A program made the translations under genes and the position numbers. Below are positions 38,684-47,399 of a stretch of DNA of 64,000 bases, one piece after another. The stretch comes from Deltaproteobacteria bacterium. Its GTDB lineage: Bacteria > Desulfobacterota > Binatia > UBA12015. The notes below the pieces were generated by a model, which worked only from the letters and a program-made list of their open reading frames with translations, searched no databases and had not been told where the DNA came from. Within the stretch, counting starts at the first letter, position 1. Each line of letters opens with the position of its first letter. The stretch spans positions 1 to 64,000 of the forward strand of contig JAYGCM010000057.1 in the NCBI GenBank assembly GCA_046583355.1. The letters run 5' to 3'.

Positions 38684-40540
38684 ATGTCACCGCGTCCCGT
38701 TTGGCTCCTCAGCATGGACACCGAGCAATTCCATGCCCCCCCTATGACGACCGGCGCGCTGAAGGCTTTCTTCGAGCGCGACGGCCAGACTGCGCCCGAG
38801 ACCGAAGTCGAACTGGTGCATTTCCTCGAGCGCGAATACGCCGAGACCTGGCTGCGGGAGACCTGGCCTGAGGAAATCCGCGCGCGTGCACAGGCGGCCG
38901 TCCAGGAAGGACACGCCCCGGTCATCGGCCTGAGTTGCTACACCTGGAACGCCGCGGAGTTCCTCGACATCGCTCGCCGCGTGAAACAGGACGTGCCCGG
39001 CGCGTTGGTGGTCGCCGGCGGACCGCATGTCCAGCGTGCGGCCGATTTCCTCTTCGACGAGGCGATTGATGTCGTCATTCTGGGCGAAGGCGAGATCACC
39101 TTCACCGAGATGCTTGACCGCCCGCGTGCCGATTGGGGCACCATCGAAGGCATGGCCTGGCTCGAGGACGGCGTGCAGCGTGAGACGCCCACCCGCCCGC
39201 GCCGCGAGCAGTTGGATTTCTTCCCCTCCGCGCTCGACGTGATCGAGCTGCGCGACGACAAGGGCCAGCCCATCTACGGCCAGATCTCGTATGAGACCAC
39301 CCGCGGCTGTCCCTACCGCTGCGCCTTTTGCGAATGGGGCACCGGTGCCATCGGCACCAAGATGTACCAATTCTCGCTGGCGCGTATCGAGAGCGACCTG
39401 CGCCGCGCCACCGAAGGAGGCATCAAGGATATCTGGCTGGCCGACTCGAATTTTGGTGCGCTACGCGAAGACGCCGAGAAGACCGAAATCGTCATCCGCC
39501 TGCGCAAGGAAACCGGCCTTCCCCAGACCTTTGCGACCTCGTGGTCGAAGAACCACAACAAGCGCGTGCAGGCCATCGTGCGCCGCCTGCACAAAGAAGG
39601 CCTGCTCTCGCATTACCACCTCGCGCTACAAACCTTGACGCCACTCGCGCTCGAGTTGAGCAATAGAAAAAATATGCGCGACAACGATTTCGAACATGTC
39701 GTGCGTGCGTGCGCCAACGAAGGCATCCCGATTGCCGCCGAGCTGATCTGGGGCCTGCCCGGCGACACCCTGGGCGAGTTCGAAACCAACCTCGACCGCC
39801 TGCTGCGAGTTTTCCCGAATATCAATATTTTCGGCTACACGCTGCTACCGGGCACGGAATTCTTCACGCGTAGGGAAGAGTACAAGCTCCAGACCATTCC
39901 GATAGCCGGCTACGGCAAGGCCAAGGGCGAATACGTCGTGGGCTGTCATACCTTCGATACCGACGAGGGCCAGGAAGGCTACTTCCTGATCTCGTCTTAT
40001 ATCGTGCTGGCACGCGGCCAGATCCTGCCTCTGACGGCGCAATTCCTCGCACTCGGCCAGCAGGTTCCGGTAGCGCCCCTGCTGCGCGCGACGATGCGTG
40101 CCTTGCTTGCGGAATTCCGCACGGAACTCGGCGAAGAAATCGCCAGCGATCGCATGATGGCCTATGAGCGCCGCTCGGAGATCTACCTGCGCTTGCTGGC
40201 GGAGCCGAAGCGGACCTATGCCGTGATCGCGCGGGTTTTCGGCGAGTGGCTGCGCGAGCATGGCGCCGCCGAACTCGCGCCGCGGGTCGAGCGGATCCTC
40301 GCGCTGGACCGGGCGCTCTGCCCGCGCTCAGGCAAAGCGCATAATGAAAAGCACGAATTCGACTTCGACGCGGCGGCGGCCCTCGCCGTCCTGGAGCGCA
40401 TGGAGCACCCGGCCGACGCGCTGATCGATACGGCGCCTCTGGTCGAACTCGAGATCGCCTACCCCGGTGGCGTGGGTGAAGTCCTACATGACCCCGACGG
40501 CGGCTCCTGGGTACGCGGCAAGCTACGGGCCGGCGCATGA
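38684..40540 (+). CDS. B12-binding radical SAM enzyme (class B methylase-like)
   Basis: B12 domain IGLSCYTWN..VAGGPH..GEGE; ETTRGCPYRCAFC; ELIWGLPGDT. Confidence 0.92.
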   Translation: MSPRPVWLLSMDTEQFHAPPMTTGALKAFFERDGQTAPETEVELVHFLEREYAETWLRETWPEEIRARAQAAVQEGHAPVIGLSCYTWNAAEFLDIARRVKQDVPGALVVAGGPHVQRAADFLFDEAIDVVILGEGEITFTEMLDRPRADWGTIEGMAWLEDGVQRETPTRPRREQLDFFPSALDVIELRDDKGQPIYGQISYETTRGCPYRCAFCEWGTGAIGTKMYQFSLARIESDLRRATEGGIKDIWLADSNFGALREDAEKTEIVIRLRKETGLPQTFATSWSKNHNKRVQAIVRRLHKEGLLSHYHLALQTLTPLALELSNRKNMRDNDFEHVVRACANEGIPIAAELIWGLPGDTLGEFETNLDRLLRVFPNINIFGYTLLPGTEFFTRREEYKLQTIPIAGYGKAKGEYVVGCHTFDTDEGQEGYFLISSYIVLARGQILPLTAQFLALGQQVPVAPLLRATMRALLAEFRTELGEEIASDRMMAYERRSEIYLRLLAEPKRTYAVIARVFGEWLREHGAAELAPRVERILALDRALCPRSGKAHNEKHEFDFDAAAALAVLERMEHPADALIDTAPLVELEIAYPGGVGEVLHDPDGGSWVRGKLRAGA

Positions 40541-41235
40541 GCCACGGCGAAGGCCCGTCAGCAACGAGCCTCGACGAGGTCTTCCCCTGGGGGCGTTGCT
40601 TCGAGGAATATTGCGAGATGTTCGCACTCAGCGAGGACGATCTGAACAAGAAGATCCTTGGCTGCGGCGACGGCCCGGCCAGCTTCAACCGCACGCTTAC
40701 CGAACGCGGCGGCAAGATCGTCTCCTTCGACCCGATCTACGAAGTCAGCGAAGAAGACCTGCACGCGCGGATCGACGCGACCTTCACGACCCTCATAGAG
40801 CAGGTCCGCGAGAACAAAGACCGCTTCGTGTGGCGGAACCTCGGCGACGTCGAGAACCTCGGGCGCATCCGCAACCAGGCGATGCATGATTTCCTCGAAG
40901 ATTTCGAGCAGGGCAAAGCCGAAGGCCGTTATCTCGCCGAAGAGCTGCCCGAGACGCCCTTTCCCGACAAGAGCTTCGACCTCGCCATCTGCTCGCATTT
41001 CCTCTTCCACTACGGCGAGCATCTCTCCCTGGATTTCCACCGCGCCTCGATCGAAGAGATGTGCCGCGTGGCCAAAGAGGTGCGGATCTTCCCCCTACAA
41101 GAACTCTCCGGAGCCCCCTCGCCACACGTACCCGCGATTCGCGATGAGTTCACGAACCGAGGCTACGAGGTCGAAATCCGCGAAGTCGAATACGAGCTCC
41201 ACCCCGGCGGCAACCGCCTATTGACGATCCGCTGA
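40537..41235 (+). CDS. SAM-dependent methyltransferase family protein
   Basis: ILGCGDGPASF, FDLAICSHFLF, EMCRVAKEVRIFPL; ATGA overlap with the radical SAM gene. Confidence 0.85.
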   Translation: MSHGEGPSATSLDEVFPWGRCFEEYCEMFALSEDDLNKKILGCGDGPASFNRTLTERGGKIVSFDPIYEVSEEDLHARIDATFTTLIEQVRENKDRFVWRNLGDVENLGRIRNQAMHDFLEDFEQGKAEGRYLAEELPETPFPDKSFDLAICSHFLFHYGEHLSLDFHRASIEEMCRVAKEVRIFPLQELSGAPSPHVPAIRDEFTNRGYEVEIREVEYELHPGGNRLLTIR

Positions 41236-41258
41236 ACTGCGCCTGGGCGGCGCGGGCG

Positions 41259-41543
41259 TCAAGCCGGAATGAACTGAATATCCGGGGCGCCGGCGATCAG
41301 CGGCATGAATTCCTTGCCAGCGGCACGGAAATAATCGGTCTTGCCGTGAGCGTCGAGAGACTCCTTGTCAGTATAGAGTTCGACAATGACATAATGGTCG
41401 GGGCGGTCGAGCGATTTGCAGACCTCGTAGCGTTGGCAGCCCTCTTCGTTGGCGCGCACTTTCTCGCCGAGCGCTTTGAAAATGGCTTCAAATTCTTCTG
41501 CCTTGCCCTCTTGGACCGGGATCGTAGCGATGACATGAATCAT
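41259..41543 (-). CDS. ABM-family putative quinol monooxygenase
   Basis: MIHVIATI..EEGCQRY..ELY..LDAH; GGAG RBS. Confidence 0.88.
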   Translation of the reverse strand: MIHVIATIPVQEGKAEEFEAIFKALGEKVRANEEGCQRYEVCKSLDRPDHYVIVELYTDKESLDAHGKTDYFRAAGKEFMPLIAGAPDIQFIPA

Positions 41544-41638
41544 ATGACTCTCCTTTGCTGCGGGATGTACCAGAGAGGGAAGCGACAGACACCACCTCTC
41601 CGGGTTGACCCGCGAGCGCTCGCGCGCAAAGAAACCCC

Positions 41639-42052
41639 ATGCTGACCACTGCCGAGAAGGTTCTCGCCTTCCTGCACCCGTTGATCGGATTGGTCGCGCT
41701 GGTGCTGCTCTTCCGCGCTGCCAGCCTCGGGCTGCGCTCGCGCGAACGGCGCGGAGCGCCCCTGCGCGCGCAGCACGCCAAGGCCGCGCCGCGTGCACTC
41801 GCGGCGACACTTCTCGCCTTCGTCATGGGCCTGGTCTCGACGATCCTTTGGCGTCCGGACCTGGAACTCGCCGGCGGCTGGCATTTCCGCATCGGCGCCG
41901 CGATTGTCCTGCTGCTCGGCGCCGGCGCTCTGCTCTCGCGCCATATTCACGACAGCCAGCGGGCGCGCCGCATCCACCCCCTGCTCGGCGCCACCGCATT
42001 GCTGCTGGCCGCCGTGCAGGTCTTCCTCGGCCTCCCGCTCCTGCGTTTCTAG
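41639..42052 (+). CDS. Small 4-TM membrane protein with conserved His (DUF4079/cytochrome b-like)
   Basis: LHP, QH, WHF and IHP histidines within four hydrophobic helices. Confidence 0.65.
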   Translation: MLTTAEKVLAFLHPLIGLVALVLLFRAASLGLRSRERRGAPLRAQHAKAAPRALAATLLAFVMGLVSTILWRPDLELAGGWHFRIGAAIVLLLGAGALLSRHIHDSQRARRIHPLLGATALLLAAVQVFLGLPLLRF

Positions 42053-42056
42053 AGGC

Positions 42057-42497
42057 TTATTCCGGCGATTGGCGGGCGGCGGCCGCCGTCGCCAATGCGT
42101 CGGCGCGTTCGTTGTAGGGGTGGCCGGTGTGGCCGCGCACCCATGTCCACCGGACCTGATGACGGCCGACCTCATGGTCCAGGGCCTGCCAGAATTCGAT
42201 GTTCTTGACTGGTTGTTTATTCGAGGTCTTCCAGCCGCGTTTCTTCCAGCCGTGGATCCAGGACTTCATCCCATCCATCACATATTTGGAATCGGTGACG
42301 ACCTTGACCGCGCAAGGCTCCTTGAGCGCGCGCAGCCCTTCGATGACGGCCTGTAGCTCCATCTGGTTATTGGTGGTCGCCTCCAGGCCGCCCGAGAGCT
42401 CACGCTCCCGGCCTTCCCATGCGAGGATCGCCCCCCAGCCACCGGGACCCGGATTCCCCAGACAAGAGCCATCGGTATAAAGACAGATCTGTTTCAA
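42057..42497 (-). CDS. rnhA: Ribonuclease HI
   Basis: [44 protein letters not shown]. Confidence 0.97.
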   Translation of the reverse strand: MKQICLYTDGSCLGNPGPGGWGAILAWEGRERELSGGLEATTNNQMELQAVIEGLRALKEPCAVKVVTDSKYVMDGMKSWIHGWKKRGWKTSNKQPVKNIEFWQALDHEVGRHQVRWTWVRGHTGHPYNERADALATAAAARQSPE

Positions 42498-42503
42498 AAC
42501 GCG

Positions 42504-43343
42504 TCAGAGGTGCAGGGCTTGCGGGATGTCGAGCGGCGCAATGCGCACACCCACATAGAACTCGCCGAAGAGACCATAAAGCGTGCTGCCCTCGTCGTAG
42601 CGCAGCTCGTAGACGATATCGCGGACCGATTTCAGATTGTCCGCGAAGAGCGTCACGCCCCATTCCCAATCGTCTATGCCGGTAGCGGTGGTGATGAGTT
42701 GCTGGATGCGGCCCGCATAGCGGCGCCCGGAGATCGCATGCGCGCCCATCAGCCGCTTGCGCTCCTCAAGCGAGAGAGCGTACCAGTTGTGGTTCTCGCC
42801 GCGCTGCTTGCTCATCGGGTAGAAGCAGATCACCGGCTTGTCGGGCCCGGGCAGCTGGGGGTAGATCCGCGCCCCGGCGTAATGATTCATACGCTCGGTG
42901 AAGGCGTCGAGTTTTTCCGTGAATTCCGCGGTGCCCGGCACCAGCCCCTCGTCGTCAATCAATTTGCGAGCCTGATCGCCGGTGCTCGACTGGTATTCGC
43001 TTACCTCCGAGAGCGAGAGAAAGGAATAAGTCGTGTCGAAACACGCGCCCAAAGTAGTGGCGATCACCTCCTGGGTGAAGCGCTGCACGCGCTCGAGCGA
43101 GGGGTGCACGACGATCAGCCCGATATCGGCCTTGCCGATGACTCCCTGCACGACCACCTGAAGGTCTTTCTCGTCCTCGGCCGCGACGATCATGGCCATG
43201 AACTCTTCGAGCCCGTCTTCCTGCTCCTTGTCGTCGAGACTCGACCAGAGCGCGCGATCGATGCGGTAATAAATATGCAGAACCGGCCAGCCCTCGGTGT
43301 GGACATTGACGGGCGTTTTTGGGGAATCGGCGTTCTCTGACAT
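42504..43343 (-). CDS. hemQ: Coproheme decarboxylase (chlorite dismutase family)
   Basis: CFYPMSKQR..NWY, MGAH..GRRY, GIDDWEWGVTLFAD, YELRYDE, FGEFYVG. Confidence 0.85.
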   Translation of the reverse strand: MSENADSPKTPVNVHTEGWPVLHIYYRIDRALWSSLDDKEQEDGLEEFMAMIVAAEDEKDLQVVVQGVIGKADIGLIVVHPSLERVQRFTQEVIATTLGACFDTTYSFLSLSEVSEYQSSTGDQARKLIDDEGLVPGTAEFTEKLDAFTERMNHYAGARIYPQLPGPDKPVICFYPMSKQRGENHNWYALSLEERKRLMGAHAISGRRYAGRIQQLITTATGIDDWEWGVTLFADNLKSVRDIVYELRYDEGSTLYGLFGEFYVGVRIAPLDIPQALHL

Positions 43344-43456
43344 CGGAGCCTCCTTGGCGACCGGTCGCGGCCGCCCTACGCTCCTCCGTAGACGCGCCCC
43401 GCCCCCCTCGCAAGCCGATGCGAGTCACGCGGGGTTCCGATAGAAGCTGGGGAGCC

Positions 43457-44494
43457 ATGCTACCTGCGGACAACCCTTTATTGCTGAGTGCGGCGGCCGA
43501 CGTCACGCCGCAGGAGCAGGCGGCCAGCGAGCGCGCGCTGCTGGCCGCGGCTGGCCTCGGCGCCCTGCACCTGCATATCTCCACGCTCAGTGGCGAGCGC
43601 CTCGGCCTGGGAGCGTTCCACGCAGCCCTGCCCGAGGCCGGCGAGCGGGTCTGGCGGCGCCATACCGGTGGCCGGGCGATTGCCGTAGGCGAGGGCTTTT
43701 TGCTGGTCTCGCTTTTTCTGCCCCATCGCAGCGCGCTGGTTGCCGCCGAGCGCTACGCGCTGCGCCCTGAGCAGGTGCTCAACCGCGGCGTGCGCGGCAT
43801 TCTCGCCTGGCTGCGCACACTCGGACTCGACCCGGTGTACCCGGGGCTCGATTTTCTCACCGTCGGTGGCCGCCGACTCGCCCACCTGAGCTTCTGCGAA
43901 TACCTTGCCGGGCCGACTCTGGTGCAGGCCGTGATCGCGCGGGAGACCAGCTTGGCCGAAACCATGTTGCGGCTGGACCGCTTCGACCCCACGGGAGTGA
44001 TTCCGGCGCTTGCTTGGAGTCCAGACGAGTCCACCACGCTCGCGCGCCTGGGGCAAAGAGACGCGGCCACGCTCAGCCCCGGCGCGACGCTGGGCCCGCT
44101 GGCTGAAGGTTTCCGTTCCACCTTCGGGCTCGGTGTCGGACTGGCCGAGTTGCATCGCCTACAGGCCGCGAATGCCTCGCCGGCTATCTCCGCCATCCCA
44201 GCCGCGGCCCACGGCGCACAACAGGTACAGGTCGAGGGGCGACTCGGGCCTATCCTTGCTTGGATCGAAGAGAAAGAAGGCATCGTCAATCACGTATCCC
44301 TCGGTGGCGATCTCATCGCCCCGGAGGGGATGGCCGAGGCACTCCAAGCGGCACTCTGCGGCTCGCCTGCCGACCCAGCGCGGATCAAGGCGGCCGTAGA
44401 GAAAGTGTTTGATGGACAGCGTGGTTACGCGCTCGGTCTGGATCGTGCGGGACTCGAAGATCTCCTCGGGCGCGCCTGGCAGGCATGCCGATGA
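43457..44494 (+). CDS. Lipoate-protein ligase (BPL/LPL) family protein, divergent
   Basis: LGAFH, RRHTGGRAI, DFLTVGGRRL, C-terminal I..VSLGGDL LplA-like domain. Confidence 0.65.
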   Translation: MLPADNPLLLSAAADVTPQEQAASERALLAAAGLGALHLHISTLSGERLGLGAFHAALPEAGERVWRRHTGGRAIAVGEGFLLVSLFLPHRSALVAAERYALRPEQVLNRGVRGILAWLRTLGLDPVYPGLDFLTVGGRRLAHLSFCEYLAGPTLVQAVIARETSLAETMLRLDRFDPTGVIPALAWSPDESTTLARLGQRDAATLSPGATLGPLAEGFRSTFGLGVGLAELHRLQAANASPAISAIPAAAHGAQQVQVEGRLGPILAWIEEKEGIVNHVSLGGDLIAPEGMAEALQAALCGSPADPARIKAAVEKVFDGQRGYALGLDRAGLEDLLGRAWQACR

Positions 44495-45321
44495 GTCCCC
44501 TCCCGGAAGCCACCCGGCACGCCCTCCTCGAGTGCGCCAAAGGCGACCGAGCCGCCCGCGCCTCGGTCAGCACGAAAATTATCGAACTCGTCGAGGCGGG
44601 TGAGGCGGCCGCCGTCGATGCGGAACTCGCCACGGCCCTGGTCGCCCTCTTCGAGCAACCCGGCCGCACCCAGCAGCGCCACCTCGCCGACGCCCTCCAG
44701 CCCTTGGCCCGGCAAAATACGGCCGTATACGAGGCCCTGAAAGACGCGCTTGCCGCAAGCAATGATTCGCTGCGCTGGGGTGCTGCCTTCACCCTCGGCC
44801 ACGCCTTTGGCCCCTCCCCAGCGATCGCAAGGACCATCCTGCAGGTACTCGGCCAGGAAGACGGCGACAGCCGCTGGGCGGCCGCCGAACTGGCCTGCGG
44901 GCTGGCGCGCCTCTCGGAGGATTTCACAAACGAGTTGCGCGCTGCCACGCGCGCCCAGACCGCGACCCTACGACGCATGGCCCTCTATTGCCTGCGCGAT
45001 CTGAAGGTCCCGGATTTATGCGCACTCGCCCGCGAGGGCCTGAACGACCCCACTTCACACGGCCGCATGGCCGCGCTCTCTGCGCTGGTGGCTGCGGCCC
45101 CCGATGCGATGGCGAACGAGGCCCTGGTTGGGCCCATCGGCCGGTTGATCGAGGACGACCCCGATCCCGGTGTGCGCCGCGCGGCCGCTGCCACCCTCGG
45201 GCGCCTCGGCGCCCCGGCGGCCCGCCGGATTCTCGAGCAAGCCTCTGCTTCCGCCGACCCGAGCCTGGCCCGCGCCGCAGCGGGCGCGCTGCGCAAGCTA
45301 CCCTCGCTGCCGCCGCACTGA
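44485..45321 (+). CDS. HEAT-repeat protein
   Basis: Repeated R..AA..LG helices, e.g. DPDPGVRRAAAATLGRLG. Confidence 0.8.
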   Translation: MPMSPLPEATRHALLECAKGDRAARASVSTKIIELVEAGEAAAVDAELATALVALFEQPGRTQQRHLADALQPLARQNTAVYEALKDALAASNDSLRWGAAFTLGHAFGPSPAIARTILQVLGQEDGDSRWAAAELACGLARLSEDFTNELRAATRAQTATLRRMALYCLRDLKVPDLCALAREGLNDPTSHGRMAALSALVAAAPDAMANEALVGPIGRLIEDDPDPGVRRAAAATLGRLGAPAARRILEQASASADPSLARAAAGALRKLPSLPPH

Positions 45322-45357
45322 CTAGAGGCCCGGCCGAAAAGCAGGCCGGGCCTCTAG
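45322..45357. repeat. Palindromic REP/MITE-like element
   Basis: CTAGAGGCCCGGCC-gaaaagca-GGCCGGGCCTCTAG, a 14-bp perfect stem sharing its core with the repeats at 18.3, 19.6 and 24.3 kb. Confidence 0.75.
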
Positions 45358-45394
45358 CGCAACTTGCCTGGGCTCTGGTAACCATGGAGGCATC

Positions 45395-46429
45395 ATGGAA
45401 ACCACGGAGACCTTGCCGACCGCGCCAACCGAGACCAACGCGGGCCGATTCCACGCCATCGCCGACCGGGTACTGGAAGGTACCGCTCCGACACGAGAGG
45501 AAGCACACGCCATCCTGGGTGCGCCGGAGCCCGAGTTCGAAGAGCTTCTGGCCGCCGCCCTGCGCATCCGTGAGCGCCGTTGGGGCCGCGGCGTGAAGCT
45601 CTGCATGCTGCAGAACGCACGCTCGGGACTCTGCCCCGAAGATTGCAGCTATTGCTCGCAATCCAAGGTCTCCAGCGCCGAGATCGACACCTACACGCTG
45701 CTCGCGCGCGGCCGGCTCATCGAGGGTGCCAAACAAGCGCAGCTGCGTGGTGCGCGGCGCTATTGCATGGTGACCAGCGGGCGCGGACCCAGCGACCGCG
45801 ATATTGACGAATTCTGCGCCACCACCCGCGCGATCAAAAGCGAATACCCTGACCTGGAGATCTGCGTCTCCCTCGGCCTGATGGACGACGCAAAAGCCGT
45901 CAAGCTCAAGGAGTCCGGGGTCGGCTGGATCAACCACAACCTGAATACCAGCGAGCGCCACCACGACGCGATCTGCAGCACACATACCTACGCCGACCGC
46001 GTGGCAACCGTGCAGGCGGCCCAACGCGCGGGGATGAACACCTGCTGCGGCGGCATCATCGGCATGGGCGAGAACGACGAAGATATCGTCCAGCTCGGCT
46101 TCGCGTTGCGCGAGCTCAAGGTGGACTCTCTGCCGGTGAATTTTCTCCACGCCATCGACGGCACGCCGCTGGAAGGTGAGCCGAAGGTCAGCGCGGGACG
46201 CGCCTTGCGCGCACTCTGCCTGATGCGTTTTCTCAACCCCGATGCAGATATTCGCGCGGCCGGTGGCAGCGAACGCGCGCTCGGCGAGGACGAGCATCTG
46301 GCACTCAATGCCGCCAACTCAATTTTTGTTGCCGGCTACCTCACGACCTCCGGGCGCACTGCCGAAGCGGCGCATCGCATGATCGAAGAGCGCGGCTTCC
46401 ACGTCGACGGAACGGAACTGGGCCTCTAG
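45395..46429 (+). CDS. bioB: Biotin synthase
   Basis: NARSGLCPEDCSYCSQS, YCMV, CVSLG, NHNLNTS, CCGGIIGMGE, PVNFL. Confidence 0.95.
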   Translation: METTETLPTAPTETNAGRFHAIADRVLEGTAPTREEAHAILGAPEPEFEELLAAALRIRERRWGRGVKLCMLQNARSGLCPEDCSYCSQSKVSSAEIDTYTLLARGRLIEGAKQAQLRGARRYCMVTSGRGPSDRDIDEFCATTRAIKSEYPDLEICVSLGLMDDAKAVKLKESGVGWINHNLNTSERHHDAICSTHTYADRVATVQAAQRAGMNTCCGGIIGMGENDEDIVQLGFALRELKVDSLPVNFLHAIDGTPLEGEPKVSAGRALRALCLMRFLNPDADIRAAGGSERALGEDEHLALNAANSIFVAGYLTTSGRTAEAAHRMIEERGFHVDGTELGL

Positions 46430-46440
46430 AGATCCGACAG

Positions 46441-47320
46441 TCAATCCCGGAGATGCCAGATCCACACCTGGTTGCGGAAACGCCCGCCCTGCAATGAGAC
46501 CTCCAGGAAGGCCTCGCCGCGACCACCGAGGCGGGCGCCGACCGGGAAATGCCAATGATCGACGCCGCGCGCCACCACCTGGCCGCCGATCCGCCAGACC
46601 AGTGCGCGGCGGTCGCGGCGCTGCGCACTGCCAAGGTGGACGCGGAAGAAGCGCCCCTGCCCGTCGCCGACGCGAAGCATTGCGTCACGTGGCGAGGCCG
46701 CGGCAATACCGGCATGCGGGCTCGGCTGGCCGCGTGCGGCGAAATACAGCGGCGCGGGCAGAAGCGGCGCGGGGCTCGGTCCGGGAATGCCGGCAACGGC
46801 AAAAAGAAGCCCCGCCAGCAGCCCCGCCGCAACCGAGGGGAGCAGCTCTGCCGCGACCGGCTTGCCCGGGAGCGGCGTCTCCGGAAGAGCCGAAATCGAC
46901 CGGCTCTCCCGTGATCCGCGATAGATCGCTCGCGAGCCGAGCCACGGCGCGCCAGCGAGAGGCCGAACTCGAAGATGCGGGACGGCCCCAAGGGGTCGGC
47001 CGAGCGCATGCGGCTGCCCAGCCCCGAGCCGGATACCAGGTCGGTCGCCAGCACCGTCCCCAGCGTTGCATCCTGCAGGCGCGCGCGAAATCCAGCGACC
47101 GCCGGATGACGAATGCGCTCCAGAAGCTCCCCCTCCAAGACAAAAGCCGCGCACGCACGGGTATCGTGCCTTTGTGCAGCGCCGAGAAAACGAAGCGCAC
47201 AGGGCTCATTGCGAAGCTCATCAACCGCCGACGCGAGCCGTTGCGTCGCACCCGCCTGGAGCAGGCGCACGATGCGGAACCGACCGCCGACTCGCCGACC
47301 GACAAGCTCGTCCTTGCGAG
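46441..47320 (-). pseudogene. Degenerate Ser/Thr kinase-like membrane protein gene (frameshifted)
   Basis: One frame gives VGGRFRIVRLLQAG..AVDE..ALRFL..F..E..L..IRHP (kinase N-lobe); another gives a TM segment plus a C-terminal domain ending at 46441; no HRD motif. Confidence 0.4.
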
Positions 47321-47399
47321 CAGAATATTCGACGCTTGGACATCGACCGAAAACGCCGCAACCTGAGCATTTTCCCAACTACCCTGGACGCCGGCAAAT

